From the NCBI GenBank assembly GCA_963724275.1, contig CAVRUB010000005.1, positions 8,474 to 72,473 of the forward strand: a stretch of DNA of 64,000 nt, written 5' to 3'. Made by a program: the position numbers and the translations under genes. Numbering within the stretch: position 1 is the first letter of the stretch; the number at the start of each line of letters is the position of its first letter. The notes under the pieces are model-generated. The model was not told where the DNA came from, ran no database searches, and saw only the letters and a list, made by a program, of their open reading frames with translations. Source of the stretch: an uncultured Actinomycetota bacterium. Its GTDB lineage: Bacteria > Actinomycetota > Actinomycetes > Propionibacteriales > Nocardioidaceae. This document shows, one piece after another, positions 39,561 to 50,490 of this stretch.

Positions 39561-42329
39561 ATGGTGACCCCCAGTGAGACGGCTCTCCTCGGCCGGTCCG
39601 ACGAACGCGGCGCTTTGGACCGACTCCTGGCCGACGCGCGCGCCGGCCACGGATCCGTGCTCGTACGTACGTGGCGAGGCCGGAGTCGGCAAGACCGCTC
39701 TCCTGCACTACTGCGCCCGACAGGCGACAGACTTTCAGGTCAGGAGGACGTCAGGGGTCGAGTCGGAGATGCAGTTGCCGTTTGCTGCGCTCCATCAGCT
39801 CTGCACGCCGCTGCTCGATCGATTGGATGCCGTCCCGGAGCCGCAACAGGTGGCGCTATGCACTGCATTGGGTCTCGCTCGCGGAGACACCCCGGACCGC
39901 TTTCTTGTCGCCCTTGCCACCCTCAGTCTCTTATCGGAGGCCTCGGCGCGGCAGCCCCTGATGTGCGTCGTCGACGACGCCCAGTGGCTCGACAGCGCCT
40001 CCGCGCAGGCTCTCGCCTTCGTTTCGCGGCGCCTCCCGGCCGACAGCGTGGCGATGGTCTTCGCCGTACGTGAGCCGACCACCGAAACCGAGTTGCAGAG
40101 CCTCCCGGAGCTACGACTCGGGGCATCGCCGACTACGATGCGCGCGCACTTCTCGAGATGGCCATCCCGGGTCGTCTCGACGTACGCGTCCGCGACCGGC
40201 TCTTGCCGAAGCACGTGGCAACCCCCTCGCCCTGCTGGAACTTCCTCGCCAGTTGAGCTCAACCCAACTGCCTGGAGGCTTCGGTCTGCGGAAGCCGGGG
40301 GAACTGCCCGGGCGGATCGAAGAAGCTTTCCTGCGCCGGTTACACAAGCTTCCCCAGAACTCTCGGCTCCTCCTCCTGATCGCCGCCGCGGAGCCAGCCG
40401 ACGACCCATTGCTAGTTGGCGTGCCGCCGACCGGCTCGGCATCGAGGCAACAGCAGCCACAGCAGCCGAGGATGCCGGGCTGCTCGCGCTCAACGAACGC
40501 GTGCGGTTCCGCCACCCGCTGGTGCGCTCCGCCGTCTACCGAGCAGCGCCGCCGCACGACCGTCGGTCGGCGCATCTGGCACTTGCGCAAGCGACTGATG
40601 CCCACGCCGATCCCGATCGGCGGGCGTGGCATCTCGCCGCGGCCACCGAAGGACCGAACGAAGAGGTCGCCCTGGAGTTGGAGCGATCAGCGGACAGGGC
40701 GCGTGCCCGCGGCGGACTCACCGCTGCGGCGGCCTTCCTGAGGCGTTCGGTCGCACTGACCAAGGAGCCCAACCTCCGTGTAGAACGCGCCCTCGCCGCC
40801 GCTCAGGCCAGCCTGCACGCGGGCGAGTTTCCATTATCGCTTGAAGTGCTCGCCACGGCGGAGACTGTCGTACTCGATGACCTTCAACGCGCCCGCGTCG
40901 ACCTGCTGAGAGGCCAGATCGTCACGGCGTCCAGCGGTCTCAGTGAAGCTCCGGGCCTCCTGCTCGAAGTCGCCATAAGGCTAGAGCCGCTGGATCTCGC
41001 CCTTGCCCGTGAGTCCTATCTGGATGCTTGGGGCGCGGCGTTGTTCGCCGGTAAGAGCGCGAACGCCAACATGCGTGACATCTCGCGAGTCGTCAGGGCG
41101 GCAGCGCACTTGACTCCGGAACCACGCGGCTCGGATCTGCTCTTGGACGGCATGTCCATGCTGATGACGGAGGGCCGAACTGCAGCCGCTCCCACGATCC
41201 GACGTGCGATCAGCTCGTTCCTCAACGAGGATCTCGCCGTCGACAAGGGCATGAGGTGGAGCACCATCGCCTCCTGTGCCTCGATCGAGGTGTGGGATTT
41301 CGAGACCTGGGACGCGATCATCACCCGTCAGATGCAGCTTGCCCGCGACGCTGGCGCGTTGGGACCACTCTCGCTCGGGCTCACCGGCAAGGCCGTCGTG
41401 GTCGCCTGGACCGGTGATTTTGACGCGGCCGGCAGGGTGGCCGCCGAAGCCGATGCCGTCAACGAGGCCACCGGGAGCCGGGAGGAAGCGTTCGGCGGCT
41501 TGTTTTTCGCAGCCCTGCGCGGGCGGGAGGACGAAGCGTTCGCCGTGTTCAGCAAGGCCAGTGAGACCGCCGCCGCCAACGGCGCGGGCTTCGCTCTCCA
41601 ATGGGTGCAATGGGTCACCGCGATTCTCTGTAACGGTCTTGGCCGCTACGAGGAGGCGCTTGCTGCTGCGCAACAAGCGTGGGATGAGTGGCCGGATTGG
41701 TTCGTCGCCGTCTGGGCGCTGCCTGAGCTCATCGAGCCGGCATCCAGACTCGGCCAACCGGACCGTGGCACCCAGCCCCTGCGTGACCTCATCGCAAGTG
41801 CAGAGGTGGGCGGTTCCGATTGGGGGCTGGGCATTGCCGCCCGCTCGAAGGCCCTGCTCAGCGATGACGCCGCCGCCGAGGCGCTGTACCAAGAGGCAGT
41901 CCGCCGTCTGGGATCCACCCCGCTGCGCCTGGAGGTCGCTCGCGCGCATCTGCTCTACGGCGAATGGCTCCGCCGCCAACAACGTCGTGTCGATGCCCGT
42001 GAACAGCTGGGCGTTGCACATTCGATGTTGTCCGCAATGGGGGCGGAGGGCTTCGCCGAACGCGCGAGACACGAACTGTTGGCCACCGGCGCCAAGGTTC
42101 GCCAACGTCACGCGATGAACGCACGACGAGCTCACCCCTCAAGAAGCGCACATCACCCGACTCGCCGCCGACGGGCACACGAACGTGCAGATCGGTGCGC
42201 ACCTCTTCCTCAGCCCTAGGACCGTCGAGTGGCACCTGAAGAAGGTGTTCGTCAAGCTCGGAGATCAGTTCCCGCAGGGAGCTCAGGGACGTCCTCGAGC
42301 GTCAGGGGCGCAGCACTAGCGCTGGTTGA
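39561..42329 (+). pseudogene. LAL-type LuxR-family regulator, paralogue of 24846..27630, several frame changes
   Basis: MVTPSETALLGRSDERGALDRLLADARAGHGSVLV (ORF 39465..40073), then GEAGVGKTALLHYC...CVVDDAQWLDSASAQ (ORF 39574..42219). Shifts lie near 39665, 40135, 40250-40400 and 42110. C-terminal end by hand: [44 protein letters not shown], with another shift before the stop at 42327-42329. Confidence 0.8.
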
Positions 42330-42426
42330 GCCGCATCTAGGACTGGGACAACTCACGGCGATGGCCGATCACTTGGGTCTGCTGCGCAGATCGGTGACAA
42401 CTGGTGCGTGCCGCTGAGAGCGCCGC

Positions 42427-42655
42427 GCCCAACAGGGGCAATGTGCTCTTTCGCGCTCAAACCGTGTGGGTAGAACTCGCCCGCCAAAGTTCAAAGGGAG
42501 CGTGCAAACCTTGGCGACGCCGGTGCGACCGTTCAGCGGTCCTCACGCGTCCCGGAACTTACCGCGGGTGCCCATGTTCTCAGGTGCACCGTCCCGGGCA
42601 CCTGCCCCGCGCGCCCGACCGATGAGGATCATCTGCCTAGCCCATAGCGCCCATA
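42427..42655 (+). repeat. interspersed repeat family, copy D (about 230 nt)
   Basis: gcccaacaggggcaatgtgc...gtagaactcgcccgccaaagttcaaagggagcgtgcaaaccttggcgacgccggtgcgaccgttcagcggtcctcacgcgtcccggaacttaccgcgggtgcccatgttctcaggtgcaccgtcccggg...catctgcctagcccatagcgccca. It starts about 100 nt after the LuxR stop. Confidence 0.85.
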
Positions 42656-42869
42656 GTGACGCGGGTCCCCGCGGCTCGGAAGGTCGAACAAACGTCGCTA
42701 GTCGGGGATCCGGACCTGAACATGCGCAAGTTGAGGTCCAGAAGCTTCGCAGGTGGCTCGATAAGCGCCGTCGAGGTAGGTAGACCACTCAGTTCGGTCG
42801 AGGTCCAGACCACCACTCCCGCCGCGTAGGTCACGGCGAGGGATAGGCCCTCGGGGTGAGGAAGGCCGG

Positions 42870-43210
42870 ATAGGCGAGCGGCGCGCTGGTGGTGATGGGG
42901 TTACCGAGCCGGATGCCGGTCGCCGAGAAGGTCTACGCCGCGGTGTTCATCGACGCGACTACGTCAAGATCCGCGACGGCCACGTCGGCAATCGGCCGAT
43001 CTACGCCGCGATCGGAGGTCGATCTGGAGGGCCACAATCCTCGGGCTGTGGGCCGGGGTCGGTGGTGGGAGTCGGCGAAGTTCTGGCTCCAGGTTCTTTC
43101 CGCGCCGAGGAGCCGCGGCGTGGAGGAAAACTTCTTCGTGGTCTGCGACCGGTAAAGGGCTACCGGACGCCGTGGGGCTTGCGGAGCGCGCCACGACTCG
43201 GGCAGCTTGG
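42870..43210 (+). pseudogene. IS256-family transposase, internal remnant, frameshifted
   Basis: EKVYAAVFIDATYVKIRDGHVGNRPIYAAIG / ILGLWAG / AKFWLQVLSAPRSRGVEENFFVVCD / GLPDAV read across frames (ORF 42889..43155 plus hand translation). This corresponds to the DDE core region. Confidence 0.65.
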
Positions 43211-43603
43211 GAGCCGGCTTCGTGATCGAGCGGCCGGAAAGAGTGAGGGGCCCAGCGATGGTATGCCCATCGCAAGGCCCCTCGGCTTGACAGTTCGGTG
43301 GGATTTTCCGGCCTTCCCGATTTCTGCTCGGCTTCCGCCGGCCCTGTCACCGGGCTGCCGTCCCGGTCTGCCTCCGAGGAGGTGAGCCGCGGTGTGGATC
43401 TCCGCTTCTGTCGGTTCCCTAACTCGCAGCAAGCGGTGGGCTGGAGAGAGTTCTACGGCGGCTCGGTGAGCGCACACGAGGGTTCGCGAGCAGGTTTCTC
43501 GACCTTCTTCGTCGTCATCGGCCCGTCCACGAGGACGACGACAACGAGTCCACAGCCGAGGGTTCTGGTTCAGATGCAACGCCCTCGGCTGCGGAGGAGT
43601 GGT

Positions 43604-45076
43604 TTAGCCGTCCTGGCGAGGCCACGAGGTGTACCACGCCTCGGAGAGCGCCTGTTCCTCCGGGCCGGCGCCGTCCACGACCTTGCTGAACTCCAGGGTG
43701 CCGTCCTTGCGGATCTTGACCCGCATCGTGGTCCAGGCGCCCGGGTCGTGGCTGTAGAAGATCTTCAGCGCCTTGCCGTCGAAGGTGTAGGACCAGGCAC
43801 CGCGCCATGTGGTGCCGGCGTTGGGACCCTGCGAGTAGACCTGGGTGGCTTGGATGCTGCCGTCTCGGAACGTGAGGGTGAACTCGCCGGTGTTCTCGTC
43901 GATCTTGTCCTGGTCGGTGCCACCCGCGGCGCGGATGGCTTCCTCGGTCACGGTGAAGGTATAGACGCCGTTGAGCTCGCTGGCCAGGTTGTCCCGGGAC
44001 TCCGGGCACGACGTGACCCGCTCCGGCGCCGGGTCGTCGGCAGCCATGACGGTGATCGCGTCGATGATCCCGCCGGTCGTCGGGTCGTCCCGCAGATCCT
44101 CGACCACGCCTCGGGTGGCTGCCACCAGGCTGTCGATCTGCTCAGGAGTCGCGGCAGAGATCCTGCCGGCCTCTTCGCAGAAGGTCTGCGCCGCTTGGAC
44201 GTCGGTGGGCAGGGTGTCGCCGACCCAGGCCGCCGTAGCGGCAGCGGCATCCGTCAGGACCGTGCGCTGCTCCTCGGTGAGGCCGGACTCCACATCGGTG
44301 GACAACGACAGGACGTTGATCTTCGGGTAGAAGACGACGTTCCCCGTGGCGATACCGGCGGGCGTGAGCCGGAACGAGGACTCGGTGCCGATCATGGTCG
44401 TGGGGTCGAGGGGCTCATCGGACGTGGTCGCCCCAAACGCCTCGAACATCGCGTTGGTCGTGCGCGACCACGCCGTGCGAACCACTCCTCCCTCGTAGTC
44501 CTCGGCGCCGAGCAGGGCGCCCTGGACCCCGAACGGGTGCCGCAGACCCTCGGGGAAGAGACCCAGGGCAGTGGCTCCGACCGACGGCAGGCCGGAGGTG
44601 AGCTGTTCGACCAGTTCCTCGTCGGCGACGATCTCGGCCACCAGCGTGTCGGTGGTGACCAGGAAGGGTGCGTTCAGCGCGGTGAGACTGGTGACTCCCA
44701 AGTCGTCCCACGCACGTGACGGCACCATCGCGAGGTCGAGCTCGCCGTCGAGCAGCATCCGGCCGACGGCCTGGTCCCAACGGGAGGTGTCGCCCGCGGC
44801 GTGCCAGACGGGCTCGATCGAGACGGCACCACCGGAGAGCCGAGCGACCTCGTCGGCGAAGTGCTCGATCTGCTGCCCTCCGGGGGTGTTGGCGTCGTCG
44901 TCGGTGCCGACCCGCAGAACTAGCTCCGCGGCGTCCGCTGCGGACTGGGCGGACACGCCTTCGGCGGCCGTCGTGGTGGACGGGCTCGACGATGAGCCCG
45001 CACAAGCAGTCATCGCGCTCACCAACGCGGCCAGGGCGGCCGTCGCGACGAGGCGGTTCTTCGGTGTGGTTCGCAT
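43604..45076 (-). CDS. DctP/TRAP-type solute-binding lipoprotein with extra C-terminal domain, paralogue 1
   Basis: ATG 45076. MRTTPKNRLVATAALAALVSAMTACAGS lipobox. The body is DctP-like (IEPVWHAAGDTSRWDQ...LDLAMVPSRAWDDLGV...LNAPFLV). A C-terminal domain of about 130 aa follows (NGVYTFTVTEE...WTTMRVKIRKDGTLEFS). 490 aa, intact. Confidence 0.75.
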   Translation of the reverse strand: MRTTPKNRLVATAALAALVSAMTACAGSSSSPSTTTAAEGVSAQSAADAAELVLRVGTDDDANTPGGQQIEHFADEVARLSGGAVSIEPVWHAAGDTSRWDQAVGRMLLDGELDLAMVPSRAWDDLGVTSLTALNAPFLVTTDTLVAEIVADEELVEQLTSGLPSVGATALGLFPEGLRHPFGVQGALLGAEDYEGGVVRTAWSRTTNAMFEAFGATTSDEPLDPTTMIGTESSFRLTPAGIATGNVVFYPKINVLSLSTDVESGLTEEQRTVLTDAAAATAAWVGDTLPTDVQAAQTFCEEAGRISAATPEQIDSLVAATRGVVEDLRDDPTTGGIIDAITVMAADDPAPERVTSCPESRDNLASELNGVYTFTVTEEAIRAAGGTDQDKIDENTGEFTLTFRDGSIQATQVYSQGPNAGTTWRGAWSYTFDGKALKIFYSHDPGAWTTMRVKIRKDGTLEFSKVVDGAGPEEQALSEAWYTSWPRQDG

Positions 45077-45152
45077 GCCCAGGACGCTAGGCACGCGCGG
45101 GAGCTCGCGGATCGGGAGCTCGTGCCGTTCGCCCCTGGGTAACTCCCCCACG

Positions 45153-46559
45153 TCAGCCGGGCCGGTCCCCCACTCGGCGCCAGGGTTGGCCGAAGAAGCC
45201 CTCATCGAGCTCCTGGTTCTCGGGCAGCCCCTCGTGGATGTCGCTGAAGTGGAGATCGCCATTCGACCTGATGGCTACGCGCATCCGGGTGATGTCCCCG
45301 GGCTCACCCCAGTCGAAGACGAAGATGCCGTCCCGGAACTGATAGCTGCCCGAGTCGTCGAGGTTGGTCGCGTAGTGGTCGACCTCCTGGTGGTAGGTCC
45401 AACTGCCACCGTCCAAGGTCCATGTGAAGCGCCCTGTGTTCTGTGCGATCTGGTGCGGGTCGGTGACTCCGGCGTCCACCAGGTCGCGCCGCGTCACCAC
45501 GCTGCGGTAGGTGCCGTCGAGCGCACCCAGCGAGTTCGGCGAGGGCGCGCCCGGGCACGCGGTCACCGGCTCGGGCTCGGGGACGCCGTCAACCGCGTCG
45601 CCGATCGCGTCCAGGATCGGCCTCAGGTCGGGGTCCTCGCGCATGCCCTTCGTGACGGCCGCTGTCGCGTGCTCCAGGCCCTGCACCTGCTTCTCGGTGG
45701 CAGTCACGATCGTCCCGTGGCCCTCGCAGTACTCGACCGCCGACTCCAGGTCGGTGGGCAGGGCGTCGTAGAGCCACGCACGGGTGGCGGCCGCTGCATC
45801 CCTCAGCAGGTTCCACTGGTCGGCCCGAAGCCCGTCCCTGAGCGTGGTGGACGTCACCAGAGCGTTGGTCTTGAGGAAGAAGGTGACGTTGCCCGTCGCG
45901 ACGTCTGCGTTGTCGAGGGCGAAGCCCGACTCCACTCCACGCTGGGCCCCGTCCCCCACGCCCGCGTCCGTGACGGTGGCGCCAAGGGCCTCGAAGAGCT
46001 CGGCCACTGTGCTCGATGCCGGGGTCCTGATCTCCTCCCCCAGGTAGTCCTCGTGGCCGCGCAGCGGCGAGCCGAACCCGAAGGGATGCCGCGGGGCGTC
46101 AGGGAAGAGGTCCAGACCAACGAAGCCCGCGTCGGGCAGTCCAGCGAGCAGCTCATGGCGGATCGATGACTCCAGAACAGCGTGGAGGGCCGCCGGGCTC
46201 GTGACCAGGAAGGGAGCACTCAGGGGACGCAGCGTCTCGACGCCCAGCAGGTCGAAGGCTCGCCCTGGGACCAGCGCCATGTCGACCTTGCCGTCGGTGA
46301 CGAGCTCGGCGGTGACCTGGTCCCACCGAGGCGTGCCCTTCGGGACTGCCTGCCAGACCGGTTCGATCCGGACCGTGCCGCTCGAGCGCCGGTCGACCTC
46401 CTCGACGAACCGCGTGATCGCGTCGGAGGAACCACTCTCGTGCTCGCTGGCGGGGCTGGCCAAGGTCAACACGAGGCTCGGGCCCTCGACGGTCGTCGAG
46501 CAGGCCGGCAACCCGATCAGCGCTGCGACGACAGCGACGACCGCAACAGTACGATGCAC
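45153..46559 (-). CDS. DctP/TRAP-type solute-binding lipoprotein with extra C-terminal domain, paralogue 2
   Basis: GTG 46559. VHRTVAVVAVVAALIGLPACS lipobox. Collinear with paralogue 1 (IEPVWQAVPKGTPRWDQ...VDMALVPGRAFDLLGV...LSAPFLV...DGTYRSVVTRRD...ITRMRVAIRSNGDLHFS). Intact. Confidence 0.75.
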   Translation of the reverse strand: MHRTVAVVAVVAALIGLPACSTTVEGPSLVLTLASPASEHESGSSDAITRFVEEVDRRSSGTVRIEPVWQAVPKGTPRWDQVTAELVTDGKVDMALVPGRAFDLLGVETLRPLSAPFLVTSPAALHAVLESSIRHELLAGLPDAGFVGLDLFPDAPRHPFGFGSPLRGHEDYLGEEIRTPASSTVAELFEALGATVTDAGVGDGAQRGVESGFALDNADVATGNVTFFLKTNALVTSTTLRDGLRADQWNLLRDAAAATRAWLYDALPTDLESAVEYCEGHGTIVTATEKQVQGLEHATAAVTKGMREDPDLRPILDAIGDAVDGVPEPEPVTACPGAPSPNSLGALDGTYRSVVTRRDLVDAGVTDPHQIAQNTGRFTWTLDGGSWTYHQEVDHYATNLDDSGSYQFRDGIFVFDWGEPGDITRMRVAIRSNGDLHFSDIHEGLPENQELDEGFFGQPWRRVGDRPG

Positions 46560-46676
46560 GGCCTCCACGGCGCCGACTCTAGACGCTGGCGACCTACCTG
46601 AACATCGGGATTCCGTCCGGCGGCGACTGGGAGATTTCCCCATCCCCGAAGCGCGCCGACCAGCGATAATGACCTC

Positions 46677-48449
46677 ATGGAGCGGAGCCGGCTGCGTCTC
46701 GGCGGCACGCTGCTGCTCTGTGCCGCCGCGGTGACGTTCGGCGCGGCGGGAGCCGTTCTCTACTCGCACGCCGCACCGTACGTCGGCATCCTCGACCTGG
46801 CTCGTGCGGTTGCGCCGGGGCTGGCGCTCGCGGCGGCCGCGGGCGTGGTCAGCGTTCTCGGGCGCGGCGGCGCGGCACCGTTCCTGCTGATCGCGGCTTC
46901 GGTGAGCACGTCAGCTCCTGCGTTCGGTGTCGGTGTGCAGCAACACACACCGGCCTGGGTGGCGATCGCCTCCCTCGGTGCCCTTCTCGCTCCGCTCCTG
47001 GTCGTGACCGCGCTCGGCTACCCCACCGGGCGCCTGCCCGGGCGACGGGTCCGCGCCGTGGCCGGCGTGGTGCTGGTCGTCGGCGCGGCCGCTGCGTTCG
47101 TGAACGCGACGTCCTACGACCCCGAGGCCTGGGGCTGGTGCGAGTGCGTCGCCAACCCGCTGGCCGGTTCCGTCGAGGCCGACACCTACCTCGCTCGCGC
47201 CGAGCTGATCGTCGTGGCCGAGATGGTCGTCCTGCTCGTCGGGCTGGTCGCCTTGGCTGTCATGGGGGGCTGGCGGCAGCGTTCACGCCTGCCGTTCACG
47301 GCGACGTACGGCGTCCTCGCGCTGTCCTGGCTGGCCTCCGACGCCTGGGTGGTGTCCCGGGGGCCCGACGTACCGGAGGCATGGGAGGTCGCCCGCGACT
47401 GCGCGCTCGTCCTGGTGCCGGTTGCCTATCTGCTCGGGTTCGTAGCCCAGCGCCCCAGCCGCGCCCACGTGGCCGACCTCCTCCTGGCAGCGCGCGAGGA
47501 GCACCACCCGGGCAGGCTGCGTGACCTGGTGTCGCGCGCGATCGGCGACCCTGCGGCACGGGTGGCCTGGTGGGACCCGCGCACCCAGGGATACCTCGAC
47601 CATCGAGGCCACGACGTGGGCGTCCCCGATGACGGGGCCATCCGTGTCGAGGCGGCCGGCCGCCCGATCGCTGTGGTCATGTCCGACCGGCTGGGCGACG
47701 TGGACGTCGGCGTTCGCGACTCGGTCGCCGAAGCGCTGCTCCTCGCCGCCGAGAACCGACGCCTCGCCGCAGAGCTGCAGGCCAGCCTGGAGCAGGTCCG
47801 AGACTCACGCGCGCGCATCCTGACCGCCTCCGACGACACCCGGCGCCGGATCGAGCGTGACCTCCACGACGGCGCGCAGCAGCTGCTCATCTCCACGGGC
47901 ATCAAGCTCAACCTCGCCGCAGCCCAGGCCGAACGCGGCGACGCCGAGACCCTGGCGCGAGTGCTCGAGGAGGCGCAGACCGAGCTGAACCGAGCGCTCA
48001 GTGACATCCGCAACCTGGCGAGCGGGATCGCCCCGACCGCGCTGGTCCACGGGACGCTGGACAACGCCCTGCGGGAGCTGGCACTGGCGTCGCCCATCAC
48101 GACGAGCGTCCGCGTCACCGGCGCCGATCAGCCGGACGAACACACCGCGGCCACCGTGTACTTCGTGGTCGCCGAGTGCCTGGCCAACGTCGCCAAGCAC
48201 GCCCGGGCCAGCCGGGCGGGTGTCGACGTCCATCTCGGCGACACCGTCGAGCTGCGGGTGACCGACGACGGTGTCGGCGGAGCGACGCTCGACTCGCCCG
48301 GAACGGGCCTCCGCGGTCTCGTGGACCGGGTGGAGGCCCGCGGCGGGTCGCTCCAGGTCGCGTCGGGGCCCGAGGGCACCACCGTCGAGGCGACCTTCCC
48401 TCGGACGGTCGCCGAGGTCGCCGAGGCTGCCGAGGTCGGCGAGCGATGA
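46677..48449 (+). CDS. sensor histidine kinase (NarL-partner type, HisKA_3 + HATPase_c) with multi-TM N-terminal domain
   Basis: 590 aa. About 6 TM segments, then RRRIERDLHDGAQQLL (H-box), ECLANVAKHA (N-box) and GTGLRGLVDRVEARGGSL (G-box). Confidence 0.9.
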   Translation: MERSRLRLGGTLLLCAAAVTFGAAGAVLYSHAAPYVGILDLARAVAPGLALAAAAGVVSVLGRGGAAPFLLIAASVSTSAPAFGVGVQQHTPAWVAIASLGALLAPLLVVTALGYPTGRLPGRRVRAVAGVVLVVGAAAAFVNATSYDPEAWGWCECVANPLAGSVEADTYLARAELIVVAEMVVLLVGLVALAVMGGWRQRSRLPFTATYGVLALSWLASDAWVVSRGPDVPEAWEVARDCALVLVPVAYLLGFVAQRPSRAHVADLLLAAREEHHPGRLRDLVSRAIGDPAARVAWWDPRTQGYLDHRGHDVGVPDDGAIRVEAAGRPIAVVMSDRLGDVDVGVRDSVAEALLLAAENRRLAAELQASLEQVRDSRARILTASDDTRRRIERDLHDGAQQLLISTGIKLNLAAAQAERGDAETLARVLEEAQTELNRALSDIRNLASGIAPTALVHGTLDNALRELALASPITTSVRVTGADQPDEHTAATVYFVVAECLANVAKHARASRAGVDVHLGDTVELRVTDDGVGGATLDSPGTGLRGLVDRVEARGGSLQVASGPEGTTVEATFPRTVAEVAEAAEVGER

Positions 48450-49114
48450 GCCTAGAGCGCCCCCGCGTCCTCGTCGTCGACGATGCCGTCCTCGTGCGAG
48501 AAGGTGTCCGCCAGCTGCTGACCGTCGGCGGTTGTGAAGTCGTCGCGCTGGCGGCCGACGTGGCCGGGATGGATGCGGCCCTCGCCGCAGACCCCGGCAT
48601 CGACGTGCTCGTGCTCGACATCCGGATGCCTCCCGACCACGGCGACGAGGGGATGCGTGCCCTCGAACGCCTCCGGGCCGAGGGGGACACGACGGGGGTG
48701 CTTCTGCTCTCGATGTATGTCAGCCCCACGCTCGCCGTGCGCGCGTTGTCAGCCGGCGGAGCGACCGGCTACCTGCTCAAGGAGCGCATCACCGACGGGG
48801 AGGCACTGGTCGCTGCCGTCCGCACGATCGTCGGCGGCGGCACCGTGGTGGACCCCGACGTCGTCTCCCTGTTGCTCGGCTCGAAGGGTCGCTCACAGTT
48901 GGTCGACCACCTCACCCCACGAGAACAGGAGGTGCTCCACCTGATGGCCGAGGGCCGCTCGAACCTCGGGATCGCCGCCTCCCTTCAACTGAGCGTGAAG
49001 ACGGTCGAGACCCACGTCGAGCACATCCTCAACAAGCTGGGCATCGAGCCCTCTCCCGAGGAGCACCGTCGCGTTCTGGCCGTCCTGGAACTTCTGCGCG
49101 CCGGTAATAGTTGA
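48446..49114 (+). CDS. response regulator, NarL/LuxR family
   Basis: The ATG overlaps the kinase stop (ATGA). VLVVDDAVLVREG...VLVLDIRMPP...LLKE receiver domain, and LTPREQEVLHLMAEGRSNLGIAASLQLSVKTVETHVEHILNKLG HTH. Confidence 0.9.
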   Translation: MSLERPRVLVVDDAVLVREGVRQLLTVGGCEVVALAADVAGMDAALAADPGIDVLVLDIRMPPDHGDEGMRALERLRAEGDTTGVLLLSMYVSPTLAVRALSAGGATGYLLKERITDGEALVAAVRTIVGGGTVVDPDVVSLLLGSKGRSQLVDHLTPREQEVLHLMAEGRSNLGIAASLQLSVKTVETHVEHILNKLGIEPSPEEHRRVLAVLELLRAGNS

Positions 49115-49456
49115 TATGTAGGCCATCGCTGTCACCAGCACGGGTTCTTTGTTGGATGCCGATGCACGGAACGTGCCCTGACCTGTCATCCGCACGCGAT
49201 CCCATCGTGGCGATGAGCGGACCCTACGGCGCTCCGCCCGAAAGTTAAATCCTAAGGTCAGGCAGACCTGTGCCTGCACGACCGGGTTCAGGGGCTTCCC
49301 TCAGTTGAACCGTCCCGGTGAGCGCGGGCCTGCGTCTATCCGCCGCTTAGGGGCGCAAGAGCCCGTACCTTCTCGCAGGTCGGTGGTCTGGCCGAGACTT
49401 AGGGCTGCCGACCTGCGCAGCGTAAAGACGAGGGTCACTCGTGACCAACCTGAGTC

Positions 49457-50404
49457 TCACCGGGCCGCCCTTCCGAGGCGGTCGGCGAGGGCGAGGAGGG
49501 CTTGTCTCAGTTCCTCGGACTCGACCTCGAAGTCGGCGTCGAGGAAGCCCAGCCAGAGTGCGAGCGCGTGCGGGTCGTCGGAGCCGGGCTCGAACACGCA
49601 CCGGTCTTCGCCAAGTTCCTCGACATCCGCCGGGATCGGCATCCGGGCACGCACGTGCGATGCAGGTGCGTGCACGACGACCCGGGCCCGGAACTGCCAC
49701 ATCGCCTCGCCGGCGACCCTCTGGACCCGTTCGATGATCTCGGGATCGGGCGGTATGGGCCGCGGCGCGAACCGGGGTCCGGTCGGCGTCCGCGGCGTGA
49801 CCCGGTCGAGCCGGAACGTACGCCAGTCGTCGCGGTCGAGGTCCCAGGCGACGAGGTACCACCGCCGGTGGTGGCTGACGAGGCGGTAGGGCTCGGTGCG
49901 CCGTCGTGCGGATCGGCCGTCGTGTGCGCGGTAGTCGAACCGGACGACCTCGCGGTCCCGGCACGCGCTGGCGAGCAGGGTCAAGACCTCCGCGTCGACC
50001 AGGGGACCGGGGACGGGTGCCTGCACGGCCGCCTCGAAGGCGCGCGTCCGGTGTCGCAGCCGGGACGGCAGCACCTGCTGCAGCTTCATCAGCGCTCGGA
50101 CCGACGCGTCTTCGATCCCGGAGACCGCGGAGCCTGCCGCGGTCCGCAGGCCGACTGCCACCGCCACCGCCTCCTCGTCGTCAAGCAGCAGCGGAGGCAA
50201 GGAGGCGCCTCGGCCCAGCCGGTAACCACCCGCGACGCCGGCGCGTGCGTCGACCGGGTAGTCGAGCTCTCGGAGCCGAGCGATGTCGTTGCGGATGGTG
50301 CGGGTCGTGACGCCGAGCCGCTCGGCGAGCTCCGGACCCGTCCAGTCGGGACGGCTTTGCAGCAGGGACAGCAGGCGGAGCAGGCGCGCCGACGTCTCCA
50401 ACAT
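49457..50404 (-). CDS. YafY-family transcriptional regulator (HTH + WYL domain)
   Basis: From [50 protein letters not shown] region: [49 protein letters not shown]. Confidence 0.85.
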   Translation of the reverse strand: MLETSARLLRLLSLLQSRPDWTGPELAERLGVTTRTIRNDIARLRELDYPVDARAGVAGGYRLGRGASLPPLLLDDEEAVAVAVGLRTAAGSAVSGIEDASVRALMKLQQVLPSRLRHRTRAFEAAVQAPVPGPLVDAEVLTLLASACRDREVVRFDYRAHDGRSARRRTEPYRLVSHHRRWYLVAWDLDRDDWRTFRLDRVTPRTPTGPRFAPRPIPPDPEIIERVQRVAGEAMWQFRARVVVHAPASHVRARMPIPADVEELGEDRCVFEPGSDDPHALALWLGFLDADFEVESEELRQALLALADRLGRAAR

Positions 50405-50490
50405 TTGTGCAGTATCCCATCGGATCCAGGAACAAGGCGTTCCGCATTTGTTCCTAGTCTCGGACCACCTACCAGGCATGAGGAGAAGCG

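Noticed and set aside
43298-46169. Very long plus-strand ORFs (43298..44719, 473 aa; 44571..46169, 532 aa) overlapping the two binding-protein genes
   Set aside because: Their translations are Arg/Gly/Pro/Val-rich and low in complexity, with no motifs. They are antisense to well-formed lipoprotein genes. This is the typical mirror-frame artefact of high-GC DNA.
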